DNA of 64,000 bases, from assembly GCA_035691845.1 (NCBI GenBank), contig DASSIN010000061.1:2950-66949 (forward strand). Direction: 5' to 3'. Within the stretch, counting starts at the first letter, position 1, and every line of letters begins with the position of its first letter. This document shows positions 56,148 to 64,000 of the stretch, in pieces. A program made the translations under genes and the position numbers. The notes beneath the pieces are model-generated. The model saw nothing but the letters and a program-made list of their open reading frames with translations. It searched no databases and was not told where the DNA came from. The stretch is from Candidatus Eiseniibacteriota bacterium (GTDB taxonomy: Bacteria > Eisenbacteria > RBG-16-71-46).

Positions 56148-57152
56148 TCACACCCGGAACAACGTTTCCGCGAACGGCCACCGGGCATCGCGCCACTGCG
56201 CCACGTGCGCGAACCCCGCGCGCGCGCCGAGCGCGATCGCCTCGTGCGCCTCGTACTTGTGCGAGCCCTCGGTCCACAGCGTCTCGCCGGCCGCGAACCG
56301 CACCTCGAGCGACAGCGCGCCGATGCGCGCGCGCTGCGCCGTGCGCGCGCGCAGGTGCATCTCGATCCGCCGCTCGGCGGCGTTCCAGCGCGCCTCGTGC
56401 GCGAATGCGGCGACGTCGAAATCCCCCGCCAGCTCGCGATTGATGCGCGCGAGCGCGTTGCGGTCGAACGCCGCCGTGACGCCGGCGGCGTCGTCGTAGG
56501 CGGGGATCAGCCGCTCCGGCCGGTGCTCGAGGTCGGTGCCGAGCAGCAGCGCGTCGCCCGGGTCCAGCTTCAGCCGCACCGCGGCCAGGAACCGCTCGCC
56601 CTCCTCGCGCGTGAAGTTGCCGATCGAGCTGCCGAGGAACAGCACCAGCAGCCGCTCGCCCGGCCGGCGCCGCGCGCACACCTGCTCGAGCCCGGCCAGG
56701 TAGTCGGCCTCGACCGGCAGCACGCGCACGCGCTCGGCCGCCAGGTCGCGCGCGCAGCGCGCGAGCGAGGCCGCGGCCAGGTCGATCGGGTGGTAGGCGA
56801 GCGTGGCGCGCGCCGCGAACGGCTCCAGCACGAACGGCGTCTTGCGCCCGCTGCCGCTGCCCAGCTCGGCCACCCGCACGCGCCCCGGCACGCGCCGCGC
56901 GAGCTCGCCGGCGCACGCCGCCAGCACGCGCTCGTCGGCGGCGGTGAGCCCGTACTCGGGCAGCCAGGTGATGGCGTCGAACAGCGCGGCGCCGACGGCG
57001 TCGTACAGCCAGCGCGCGGACAGGCGTCTGGGGCGCGCCGCCAGTCCGGCCGCCACGTCGGCGGCGAATGCCGGATCGAAGGCCGCCGGCACGCCCGCGG
57101 CCACGCCGTTCGCGAGCGTCGCGCGCGCGCTCGCGTTGCGCTCGAACGTCAC
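56148..57152 (-). CDS. egtD: L-histidine N-alpha-methyltransferase EgtD (hercynine-forming)
   Basis: YDAVGAALFDAITWLPEYGLTAAD and SAM motif VAELGSGSGRKT. A GTG start overlaps the egtB stop (GTGA). 334 aa. Confidence 0.8.
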   Translation of the reverse strand: MTFERNASARATLANGVAAGVPAAFDPAFAADVAAGLAARPRRLSARWLYDAVGAALFDAITWLPEYGLTAADERVLAACAGELARRVPGRVRVAELGSGSGRKTPFVLEPFAARATLAYHPIDLAAASLARCARDLAAERVRVLPVEADYLAGLEQVCARRRPGERLLVLFLGSSIGNFTREEGERFLAAVRLKLDPGDALLLGTDLEHRPERLIPAYDDAAGVTAAFDRNALARINRELAGDFDVAAFAHEARWNAAERRIEMHLRARTAQRARIGALSLEVRFAAGETLWTEGSHKYEAHEAIALGARAGFAHVAQWRDARWPFAETLFRV

Positions 57153-58456
57153 GGCCGCACCAGCCGGAACGCGGCGTACACGTAGCCGTAGTGCGGCTGG
57201 AACCAGTTGCGGAACGAGCGGCGCAGCATGCACGCGGCGGTGCGCATCGAGCCGCCCTTCATCGCGAAGTGCTTCCCGTCGAAGAAGTCCGCCGAGTATC
57301 CGGGATAGAACGGGAATCGCTCGAACCCCGCGAACGGCGCCCACACGCTCGCGGTCCATTCCCAGCCGTTGCCGAGCGTGTCGTCCAGCCCGAACGCGCT
57401 CCGGCCCGCCGGGAACGCGCCCACCGGCGTCGGATCCCAGCGCGCGAAATCGAAGTTGCCGCGCTCGGGCGAGGGCGGCGCATCGCCCCACGGGTAGGCG
57501 CGCTCGCCGCCGTCCGGCGCGCCGTAGGCGTAGCGGTGGAACTCGGCCTCGGTGGGCAGCCGGCCTCCGCTCCAGCGCGCGTACGCGCTGGCCTCGGCAT
57601 GGCTCACGAACACCGGCCGATCGAGCTGCAGCGGCGCGTCCGCGAACATGCCGTGCGAGGTCCACGCGCCGGCGCGCCCGCCCCAGAACGCCGGGTGCTC
57701 GAGCGCGACCGATTCGCGCCAGGTCCAGTCGGCATCCGACCACAGCCGGCGCTCGCGGTAGCCGCCCGCGTTCACGAACCCGAGCCACTCGCCGTTCGTG
57801 ACCTTGTGCGCGTCCACGCGGAACGCGGGCACGTCCACCGCGTGCGCGTCGAATTCGTTGTCCCAGCCGAACCCGGCGCCGCGCGCGAGCCCGAGCGTGG
57901 CGCGGCCGGCGGGGATGTCGATCGCCGCGCGCGCGGGCGGGGCGCCGGCGGCGGGCGGATCCGCCGCGGGCGCGCGCTTCAGCGCGTGCGGGAGCTGGTG
58001 GAACAGATAGGCCAGCGTCTCGGCGTGCATCAGCCGGTGCTCGATCGCCACTTCGCACACCGTCGCCAACTCGGGGGGCGCGTCCCCGCCCGCCAGCAGC
58101 GCGTCCACCTCGTCGCGCGAACGGCGGTCGTAGTCGCGCACATCCTGATCCGACGGCCACTCCGATTTCGGCTCGTTCGGCAGCCCGCCGTCCACGGGAT
58201 CGATCCCGAACGCGAACAGCCTGTCGAACCGTTCGTGGAACGCCGCCCGTTGGAACGTGCGGCGCGCGATCAGGTTCGTGTCGAACGCCTCGACGTGGCC
58301 GAGATAGAAGATCAGCCGATGGCGCTCGGGGATCGGCCGCTCGTACAGCGCGTCGGGCTGCAGCACATCGAACATCGCGTCGGTGCGGCGGCGCGCGTCG
58401 GCCAGGCGGCGAACGAGCGTGGCGCGGTCATCGACGTCGAGGCGGGTGACGGTCAT
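57149..58456 (-). CDS. egtB: Hercynine sulfoxide synthase EgtB (DinB_2 domain plus FGE-sulfatase domain)
   Basis: N-terminal DinB-like region with HRLIFYLGHVEAF. C-terminal FGE-like region GNGWEWTASVW. 435 aa. Confidence 0.8.
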   Translation of the reverse strand: MTVTRLDVDDRATLVRRLADARRRTDAMFDVLQPDALYERPIPERHRLIFYLGHVEAFDTNLIARRTFQRAAFHERFDRLFAFGIDPVDGGLPNEPKSEWPSDQDVRDYDRRSRDEVDALLAGGDAPPELATVCEVAIEHRLMHAETLAYLFHQLPHALKRAPAADPPAAGAPPARAAIDIPAGRATLGLARGAGFGWDNEFDAHAVDVPAFRVDAHKVTNGEWLGFVNAGGYRERRLWSDADWTWRESVALEHPAFWGGRAGAWTSHGMFADAPLQLDRPVFVSHAEASAYARWSGGRLPTEAEFHRYAYGAPDGGERAYPWGDAPPSPERGNFDFARWDPTPVGAFPAGRSAFGLDDTLGNGWEWTASVWAPFAGFERFPFYPGYSADFFDGKHFAMKGGSMRTAACMLRRSFRNWFQPHYGYVYAAFRLVRP

Positions 58457-58521
58457 GGGTTCCCCCTGCACGCGGCGGCCACGGGCCGCCCCGGATCGGT
58501 TGTCGAACGTCTGGCGCGCAT

Positions 58522-60057
58522 CTATGAGCCCTCCGCGCGCAGCCGGAGCCCCTTCGGCACCACCACGCGATCGAGCGCGTCGAACAGCGCCTGCACCAGC
58601 AGCGCGAGCGCCGCGGCGGGGATCGCGCCCTGCAGGATCAGCGCGTGGCGCCGCAGCTGGATGCCGGTGAGAATCGGATCGCCGAGCCCGCCCGCGCCCA
58701 CCAGCGCGGCCAGCGTGGCGGTGCCGACGTTGATGACGGCGCTGGTTTTGATGCCCGCCATCACCGCCGGCATCGCCATCGGCAGCCGCACGCGCAGCAG
58801 CTGCGCCCGGGGGGAGAGCCCGAGCGCGGCCGCGGCCTCGTCCAGCGCGGGCGGGATCGTGGTGAGCCCGACGTAGGTGTTGCGCACGATCGGCAGCAGG
58901 CTGTAGAGGAACAGCGCCACCAGCGCCGGCGCCGCCCCGATGCCGAGCAGCGGGATCAGGAACGCGAGCAGCGCCAGCGACGGCACGGTCTGCAGCAGGC
59001 CGGCGATCGACAGGGTGAGCTGCGCCAGGGCGCGCGAACGCGTGGCCAGCACCCCGAACGGAACGCCGAGCACGATCGCGAGCCCGAGCGAGATGCCGAC
59101 CAGCTTCAGGTGCTGGAGCGTGTTGCGCGCGATGGACGCCGCCACGCCCGGCTCCCCGCCGGCGGAGGCGCCGGCGCCGAGCGTCTCCATCAGCAGCGAG
59201 TCGGCGGCCGCGTTCTCGTCCGCCTTGCGCAGCACCACGCGCGCGTTGGCGTGGATCATCTCCCGCTCGCCGATCCGTCCGGTCAGCGCGCGGATCGCGG
59301 CCAGCGCGCGCGGCGCGCGCCGCGCGAGATCGAGCCGGTAGAGCCACACGGCGTCGTAGCGCGGGAAGAAGCCGCGATCGTCGACCAGCGTCACCAGGTG
59401 CAGATCCGCGATCTCGGCGTCGGTGGTGTAGATGTCGGTGCCGTCCAGCCGGCCGGCGGCGAGCGCCGCGTACGCCAGCTCGTGCTGGATGCCGGTCGGA
59501 TCCAGCCGCTCGAGCCCGTAGCGTTTCGCGAGCCCGGGCCAGCCGTCGGCGCGGCCCAGGAACTCGTGCGACAGCCCGAGCCGGAGGTCGGGGTGCGCGG
59601 CGAGATCGGACAGCCGGGTGAGCCCGTCGCGGCGCGCGGCGTCCGCGGTGACGGCGATCGCGTAGCCGTCGTTGAAGCCGATCGGGGCGCTGATGCCGAC
59701 GCCCTGCGCCGCCAGCGCCGCGCGCATCGCGTCGGGATCGGTGCGGCCGGGCGTCTTCAGGATCACCTCGGCGATCGTGCCGGTGTACTCCGGGTACACG
59801 TCCACGCCGCCCGACGTCAACGCCTGCCACACGATGTCGGTTCCGCCCAGGTTGCGGCGATGCGTGGCCGGCACGCCGTCGCGCTCGAGCTGGCGCGTGA
59901 GCGCGGCCCCCAGGATCCACGATTCCGGGAACGCCTTCGACCCCACCACCACCGGCGTCGCGGCCGCGGCCGGGGCCGCGACGCCGGCGAATGCCGCCAT
60001 CGCGGCCAGCATCTGCAGCATGCCCCGCCACATGGTGTGGGTGCGCCCGGGGATCAT
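58522..60057 (-). CDS. ABC transporter fused substrate-binding domain (OpuAC/ProX-type, N-terminal) plus permease (C-terminal), OpuB/EgtU family
   Basis: Signal peptide. SBP region VVVGSKAFPESWILGAALTRQL...YPEYTGT. Permease region with the EAA-like loop LDEAAAALGLSPRAQLLRVRLP. 511 aa. The start could instead be MWRGML (60033). Confidence 0.7.
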   Translation of the reverse strand: MIPGRTHTMWRGMLQMLAAMAAFAGVAAPAAAATPVVVGSKAFPESWILGAALTRQLERDGVPATHRRNLGGTDIVWQALTSGGVDVYPEYTGTIAEVILKTPGRTDPDAMRAALAAQGVGISAPIGFNDGYAIAVTADAARRDGLTRLSDLAAHPDLRLGLSHEFLGRADGWPGLAKRYGLERLDPTGIQHELAYAALAAGRLDGTDIYTTDAEIADLHLVTLVDDRGFFPRYDAVWLYRLDLARRAPRALAAIRALTGRIGEREMIHANARVVLRKADENAAADSLLMETLGAGASAGGEPGVAASIARNTLQHLKLVGISLGLAIVLGVPFGVLATRSRALAQLTLSIAGLLQTVPSLALLAFLIPLLGIGAAPALVALFLYSLLPIVRNTYVGLTTIPPALDEAAAALGLSPRAQLLRVRLPMAMPAVMAGIKTSAVINVGTATLAALVGAGGLGDPILTGIQLRRHALILQGAIPAAALALLVQALFDALDRVVVPKGLRLRAEGS

Positions 60058-60824
60058 CGCGCGGCCTCGAGCGCGACCGGCGGTCGCTGGGCGCGCACGA
60101 ACTCGCGCACGAATGGCTCCGCCGGGCGCTCCAGCAGATCCGCCGCCGTGCCGCGCTGGACGATGCGGCCGTCGCGCATCAACGCGATCTCGTCGCCGAG
60201 CCAGGCCGCCTCGGCCATGTCGTGGGTCACGAACACCACGGTCTTGCGCAGCTCGCCGAACAGCCGCTTGAGCTCCTGCTGCAGCCGCGCGCGCACCATC
60301 GGGTCGAGCGCGCCGAGCGGCTCGTCCATCAGCAGCACGCCGGGATCGAGCAGCAGCGCCCGCATCAGCCCCACGCGCTGGCGCTGCCCGCCCGAGAGCT
60401 GCGCCGGATAGCGCGCGAGCAGCTCCTCCGGCAGATGCGCGAGCGCGGCCAGCACGCGCACGCGCGCGGCGATGCGCGCGTCGTTCCAGCCGAGATCGCG
60501 CGCCACCAGCGCCACGTTCTCGAACGCCGTCAGGTGCGGGAACAGTCCGCCCTCCTGGATGACGTAGCCGAGCTCGAGCCGGAGCGCGCGGCGGTTGGCG
60601 GGCGTGAGCGCCACGTCGCCGAACCGGATCGTGCCCTGGTCGGGCGTCACCAGTCCGACCAGCATCCGCAGCAGCGTGGACTTCCCGCACCCGCTCGGAC
60701 CCACCAGCGCGAGGCACGTGCGCGGCGGCACCACGAGCGAGGCCACGTCCACCACCGCGCGGCCGTCGTAACGCTTGATGACGCGGTCGAGCGCGATCGC
60801 GCCCGCCGGGGATTCCGGGGTCAT
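60054..60824 (-). CDS. ABC transporter ATP-binding protein (OpuBA/EgtV-like)
   Basis: Walker A GPSGCGKST, ABC signature LSGGQRQR, Walker B LLMDEPLGALD. The start was chosen at MTPESP; the track ORF extends to 60908. Confidence 0.7.
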   Translation of the reverse strand: MTPESPAGAIALDRVIKRYDGRAVVDVASLVVPPRTCLALVGPSGCGKSTLLRMLVGLVTPDQGTIRFGDVALTPANRRALRLELGYVIQEGGLFPHLTAFENVALVARDLGWNDARIAARVRVLAALAHLPEELLARYPAQLSGGQRQRVGLMRALLLDPGVLLMDEPLGALDPMVRARLQQELKRLFGELRKTVVFVTHDMAEAAWLGDEIALMRDGRIVQRGTAADLLERPAEPFVREFVRAQRPPVALEAAR

Positions 60825-60961
60825 CACCCACTCCTCGAATGGAGCGTGAGCGCCCGGTGCGGGGAAGGATCCGGGGTCGAACGACGGTAGTCTCCCGTCC
60901 CGGGTCATGCAACCCGGCCGGCGTGGCGGCGGGCGGGCCCGCGGTGCGCTAGTCTGCCCGG

Positions 60962-62326
60962 ATGGATCGCTACGACGTGATCGTGATCGGCGCGGGGCAG
61001 GCGGCCACGCCGCTGGCCCACGCGCTCGCGGCGCGCGGCCGGCGCGTGGCGGTGGCCGAGCGCGCGCGGGTCGGCGGCTCGTGCGTCAATTTCGGCTGCA
61101 CCCCCACCAAGGCGGCGCTGGCCTCGGCGCGCGCCGCGCGCCAGGCGCGCACCGCCGGCCGGTTCGGGGTGCGGGTGGGCGCGGTGCGCGTGGATTTCGG
61201 CGCGGTGCTGGCGCGCGCGCGCGCGATCGCGGCCGAATCGCGCGCCGGGATCGAGCGCGGCCTGGCCGGCGACAATCCCCGCTGGCTGCACGGCGCCGCG
61301 CGGCTGGCCGGGCGTGACGGCGGCGGCTTCCGCGTGCGCGTCGGCGAACACGAATTCGCGGCGCGCGACGTGGTGCTCGACACGGGCACCCGCACCGCGA
61401 TGCCGTCGATCCCGGGGCTGCTCGAATCGGGCGTGCTGCACGCCGGCAACTGGCTCGATCGCGAGGACCGCCCCGACCACGTGGTGATGCTGGGCGGCGG
61501 CGTGGTCGCGCTCGAGATGAGCCAGTTCTACGTGCGCATGGGATGCAGCGTCACGCTGCTCGAGCGCTCGGCCCGCATCGCCGGCCGCGAGGACGAGGAC
61601 GTGGCCGCGGCGCTGCAGCGCGTGATCGCGCACGAAGGCGTGCAGGTGTTCACCGGCAGCAGCATCGAGCGCGTGGAGGGCGCCTCCGGCGCGCTGCGCG
61701 TGCGCGCCACGCACGACGGCGCGGCGCGCTGGATCGAGGCCACACACGTGTTCGCGGCCACCGGGCGCAAGCCCAACACCGACGACCTGGGCCTCGACAC
61801 CATCGGCGTCGAACCGGACGCGCGCGGCATCATCGCGGTGGACGAGCGGCTGCGCACGAGCGTGCCGGGCGTGTGGGCGGCGGGCGACATCCGCGGCGGT
61901 CCGCAGTTCACGCACACGTCGTGGGACGACCACCGCATCCTGCTCGACCAGATGACGGGCGAGGGCCGCCGCACCACGCGTCGCATCGTGCCGTACGCGA
62001 TCTTCATCGACCCCGAGCTCGGCCGCGTGGGCCCGACCGAAGCCGAGGCGCGCGCGCACGGGCTGGACGTGCGCGTGCACCGCTACGACCTCGCGCGCAG
62101 CGGCCGCGCGCGCGAGATGGACGCCACCGAGGGGTTCATCAAGGTGCTGGTGAACCTGGACGGCACGATCGCGGGCGCGGCGGTGCTGGCCGAGAGCGGC
62201 GCCGAGCTGGTGCACATGTACGTGGACCTGATGAACGCCGGCGCGAAGGCGGCGGTGCTGCGCGACGCCGTGCACATCCACCCCACGCTGGCCGAGGCGG
62301 TGCAGGGCGCGGTGTCGGACGTGTGA
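60962..62326 (+). CDS. FAD-dependent pyridine nucleotide-disulfide oxidoreductase (class I, mercuric-reductase/dihydrolipoamide-dehydrogenase family)
   Basis: FAD motif VIVIGAGQAA. Redox-active CVNFGCTPTK. Dimerisation-domain His-Pro in HIHPTLAE. 454 aa. Confidence 0.75.
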   Translation: MDRYDVIVIGAGQAATPLAHALAARGRRVAVAERARVGGSCVNFGCTPTKAALASARAARQARTAGRFGVRVGAVRVDFGAVLARARAIAAESRAGIERGLAGDNPRWLHGAARLAGRDGGGFRVRVGEHEFAARDVVLDTGTRTAMPSIPGLLESGVLHAGNWLDREDRPDHVVMLGGGVVALEMSQFYVRMGCSVTLLERSARIAGREDEDVAAALQRVIAHEGVQVFTGSSIERVEGASGALRVRATHDGAARWIEATHVFAATGRKPNTDDLGLDTIGVEPDARGIIAVDERLRTSVPGVWAAGDIRGGPQFTHTSWDDHRILLDQMTGEGRRTTRRIVPYAIFIDPELGRVGPTEAEARAHGLDVRVHRYDLARSGRAREMDATEGFIKVLVNLDGTIAGAAVLAESGAELVHMYVDLMNAGAKAAVLRDAVHIHPTLAEAVQGAVSDV

Positions 62327-62395
62327 TCGTCGGGCCCGCATGCTGCGGGCGACGTGATGTTCGCGGCGGAACGGCGCTCGTAATAGACTGCGCGC

Positions 62396-64000
62396 GTGAC
62401 GATCGAAGCCCCGTTCCGACACAGCCGCGAGCGTCCCGACGAGGTCCCCGAGGCGCTGCAGCACTCGCTGTTCCTCGCGCGGCTCGACGACCTGGTGAAC
62501 TGGGGTCGCGCCAATTCCCTGTGGCCGATGTTCTTCGGCCTGTCGTGCTGCTTCGTCGAGATGGCCACGTCCATCACCTCGCGCCACGACATCTCGCGCT
62601 TCGGCGCCGAGGTGATGCGCGGCTCGCCGCGCCAGTCCGACGTGATGGTCGTGGCCGGCACGGTGTTCAAGAAGATGGCGGCGCCGATCCTGCGGCTGTA
62701 CGAGCAGATGCTCGACCCGCGCTGGGTCATCTCGATGGGCTCGTGCTCGAACTCGGGCGGCATGTACGACGTGTATTCGGTGGTGCAGGGCGTGGACACG
62801 CTGCTGCCGGTGGACGTCTACATCCAGGGTTGCCCGCCGCGGCCCGAGTCGGTGATGGAGGCGCTGATCCTGCTGCAGCAGAAGATCAGGCGCAGCGAGC
62901 ACCCGGCGCTCGAGGCGATCAAGCGGCGCCGCGACGTCACCGGCAGCACGCGCCCGCCGCGCGTCGAGGGCGTCACCGTGAGCCTCGATCCGCGCGGGCC
63001 CGGGCTCGAGGGCACGCGGCCGCGCGGCACGATCCTGCGCCCCGGCTCGCCGTTCTCGGCCGCCTACTTCGAGCCGTGGACGCCGCCCACGCCGATCGCG
63101 GTGAACGCCGCCGGCCTGGACGGCGTGGAGGACGGCCTGCGCGCCGCGGTGGGCGAGGTCACGCGCGACGGGACGGCGAGCGACACGCTCACGCTGATCG
63201 TCGCGCCGGAGCAGCTCGAGCCCGCGCTCCGGCACCTGCAGCCGCGGTTCCGGCGGCTCGAGTTCGCGTGCGGCGTCGACAACCGGCCGCGCGGCGGCGG
63301 CTTCCGCGCGCTGCACCACCTGGCCGCGCTCGAGCCCGGGCGGCCGTCGCTGCGGCTGGCGGTGGACATGCCGGCCGAGGATCCGCATCTGCCGACCGCG
63401 ACCCGCGTGTATCCGGTCGCCGACTGGTACGAGCGCGAGATGATGGACATGTTCGGGATCCAGGTGGACGGGCACCCCGATCCGCGCCGGCTGTACATGC
63501 CGTCGTGCTGGAACGGCCATCCGCTGCGCAAGGACCACCCGTATCGCGCCACCGAGATGCCGCCGTTCACCGCCGCCGACGCGCTGGAATGGGAGCGCGC
63601 CAGCGAGGACTACTCGCGCATCCGCCCGGGACCGGGGCGCATGGTGCTCAACATGGGCCCGCACCATCCCGCCACGCACGGCGTGATCCGCTTCGTCCTC
63701 GAGCTGGACGGCGAGAACATCGTGGACCTGGACACCGAGGTCGGTTACCACCACCGCGGGCCGGAGAAGATCGCGGAGCGGCAGACGTGGCACAAGTTCC
63801 TGCCCTACACCGACCGCGTGGACTACCTGGCCGGCGTCTACAACAACCTGCCCTATTGCCTCGCGGTCGAGCGGCTGCTCGGCATTCGCGTGCCGGAGCG
63901 GGCGCAGGTGATCCGCGTGATGATGTCCGAGCTGTTCCGGATCTCGTCCCACCTGGTGTGGGTCGGCACCTACGCGCAGGACGCGGGCGCGCTGACGCCC
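62396..64000 (+). CDS. nuoB: NADH-quinone oxidoreductase subunits B, C and D encoded as one continuous ORF (NuoB-C-D fusion), partial at window end
   Basis: GTG start after TAATAG stops. NuoB region: [16 protein letters not shown]...[10 protein letters not shown]...GCPPRPE. About 80-aa linker. NuoC region: [11 protein letters not shown]...[24 protein letters not shown]. NuoD region: [25 protein letters not shown]...[10 protein letters not shown]. The B-C junction was verified codon by codon; the C-D junction and the rest to the window end were translated by eye. No stop within the window. The ORF is not in the track because it is open-ended. Confidence 0.7.
   Translation, partial: MTIEAPFRHSRERPDEVPEALQHSLFLARLDDLVNWGRANSLWPMFFGLSCCFVEMATSITSRHDISRFGAEVMRGSPRQSDVMVVAGTVFKKMAAPILRLYEQMLDPRWVISMGSCSNSGGMYDVYSVVQGVDTLLPVDVYIQGCPPRPESVMEALILLQQKIRRSEHPALEAIKRRRDVTGSTRPPRVEGVTVSLDPRGPGLEGTRPRGTILRPGSPFSAAYFEPWTPPTPIAVNAAGLDGVEDGLRAAVGEVTRDGTASDTLTLIVAPEQLEPALRHLQPRFRRLEFACGVDNRPRGGGFRALHHLAALEPGRPSLRLAVDMPAEDPHLPTATRVYPVADWYEREMMDMFGIQVDGHPDPRRLYMPSCWNGHPLRKDHPYRATEMPPFTAADALEWERASEDYSRIRPGPGRMVLNMGPHHPATHGVIRFVLELDGENIVDLDTEVGYHHRGPEKIAERQTWHKFLPYTDRVDYLAGVYNNLPYCLAVERLLGIRVPERAQVIRVMMSELFRISSHLVWVGTYAQDAGALTP

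Noticed and set aside
1-64000. CRISPR arrays, rRNA genes, IS elements or transposases
   Set aside because: No regularly spaced short direct repeats, no rRNA-like conserved blocks and no DDE-transposase-like ORFs were seen. The only mobile element supported is the tyrosine-integrase island.

Overview
This is a high-GC (roughly 65-70%) bacterial chromosomal segment with dense coding on both strands. Many of the long overlapping ORFs in the six-frame track are GC artefacts. Track coordinates and the printed numbering disagree by ±1 nt at a few places around 52.5-53.8 kb; I followed the track there. Core genes, in window order: an SDR/epimerase/UDP-glucuronate decarboxylase operon; a large class-A PBP-like protein with a disordered tail; a complete alternative complex III operon (actABCDEF); an M48 lipoprotein peptidase; an ECF sigma/anti-sigma cluster with an RsbW/RsbV-like partner-switching pair, a tandem-repeat protein, an HExxH beta-propeller protein and a PrsW-like intramembrane protease; a thiocarboxylate-type cysteine biosynthesis operon (cysM-mec-cysO::moeZ fusion); central carbon genes (glk, tkt, pckG, tal, pgi); a TlpA-like thioredoxin, threonine dehydratase, fumarase, OsmC and SthA; ergothioneine genes egtB-egtD with an OpuB/EgtU-type ABC transporter; an FAD disulfide reductase; and a NuoB-C-D fusion running off the window end. 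Accessory content: a ~7.8 kb integrative element inserted into tRNA-Leu(UAA), bounded by perfect 60-bp direct repeats (9656-9715 and 17455-17514). It carries a tyrosine integrase, two Xis/AlpA-type HTH genes, an RHH protein, a DUF3987-like gene and uncharacterised cargo, and it lies immediately downstream of the ACIII operon. A second lower-GC islet (about 34.6-37.1 kb) holds a pectate-lyase-fold (tailspike-like) gene split by a G9 homopolymer frameshift. No rRNA or CRISPR was seen.
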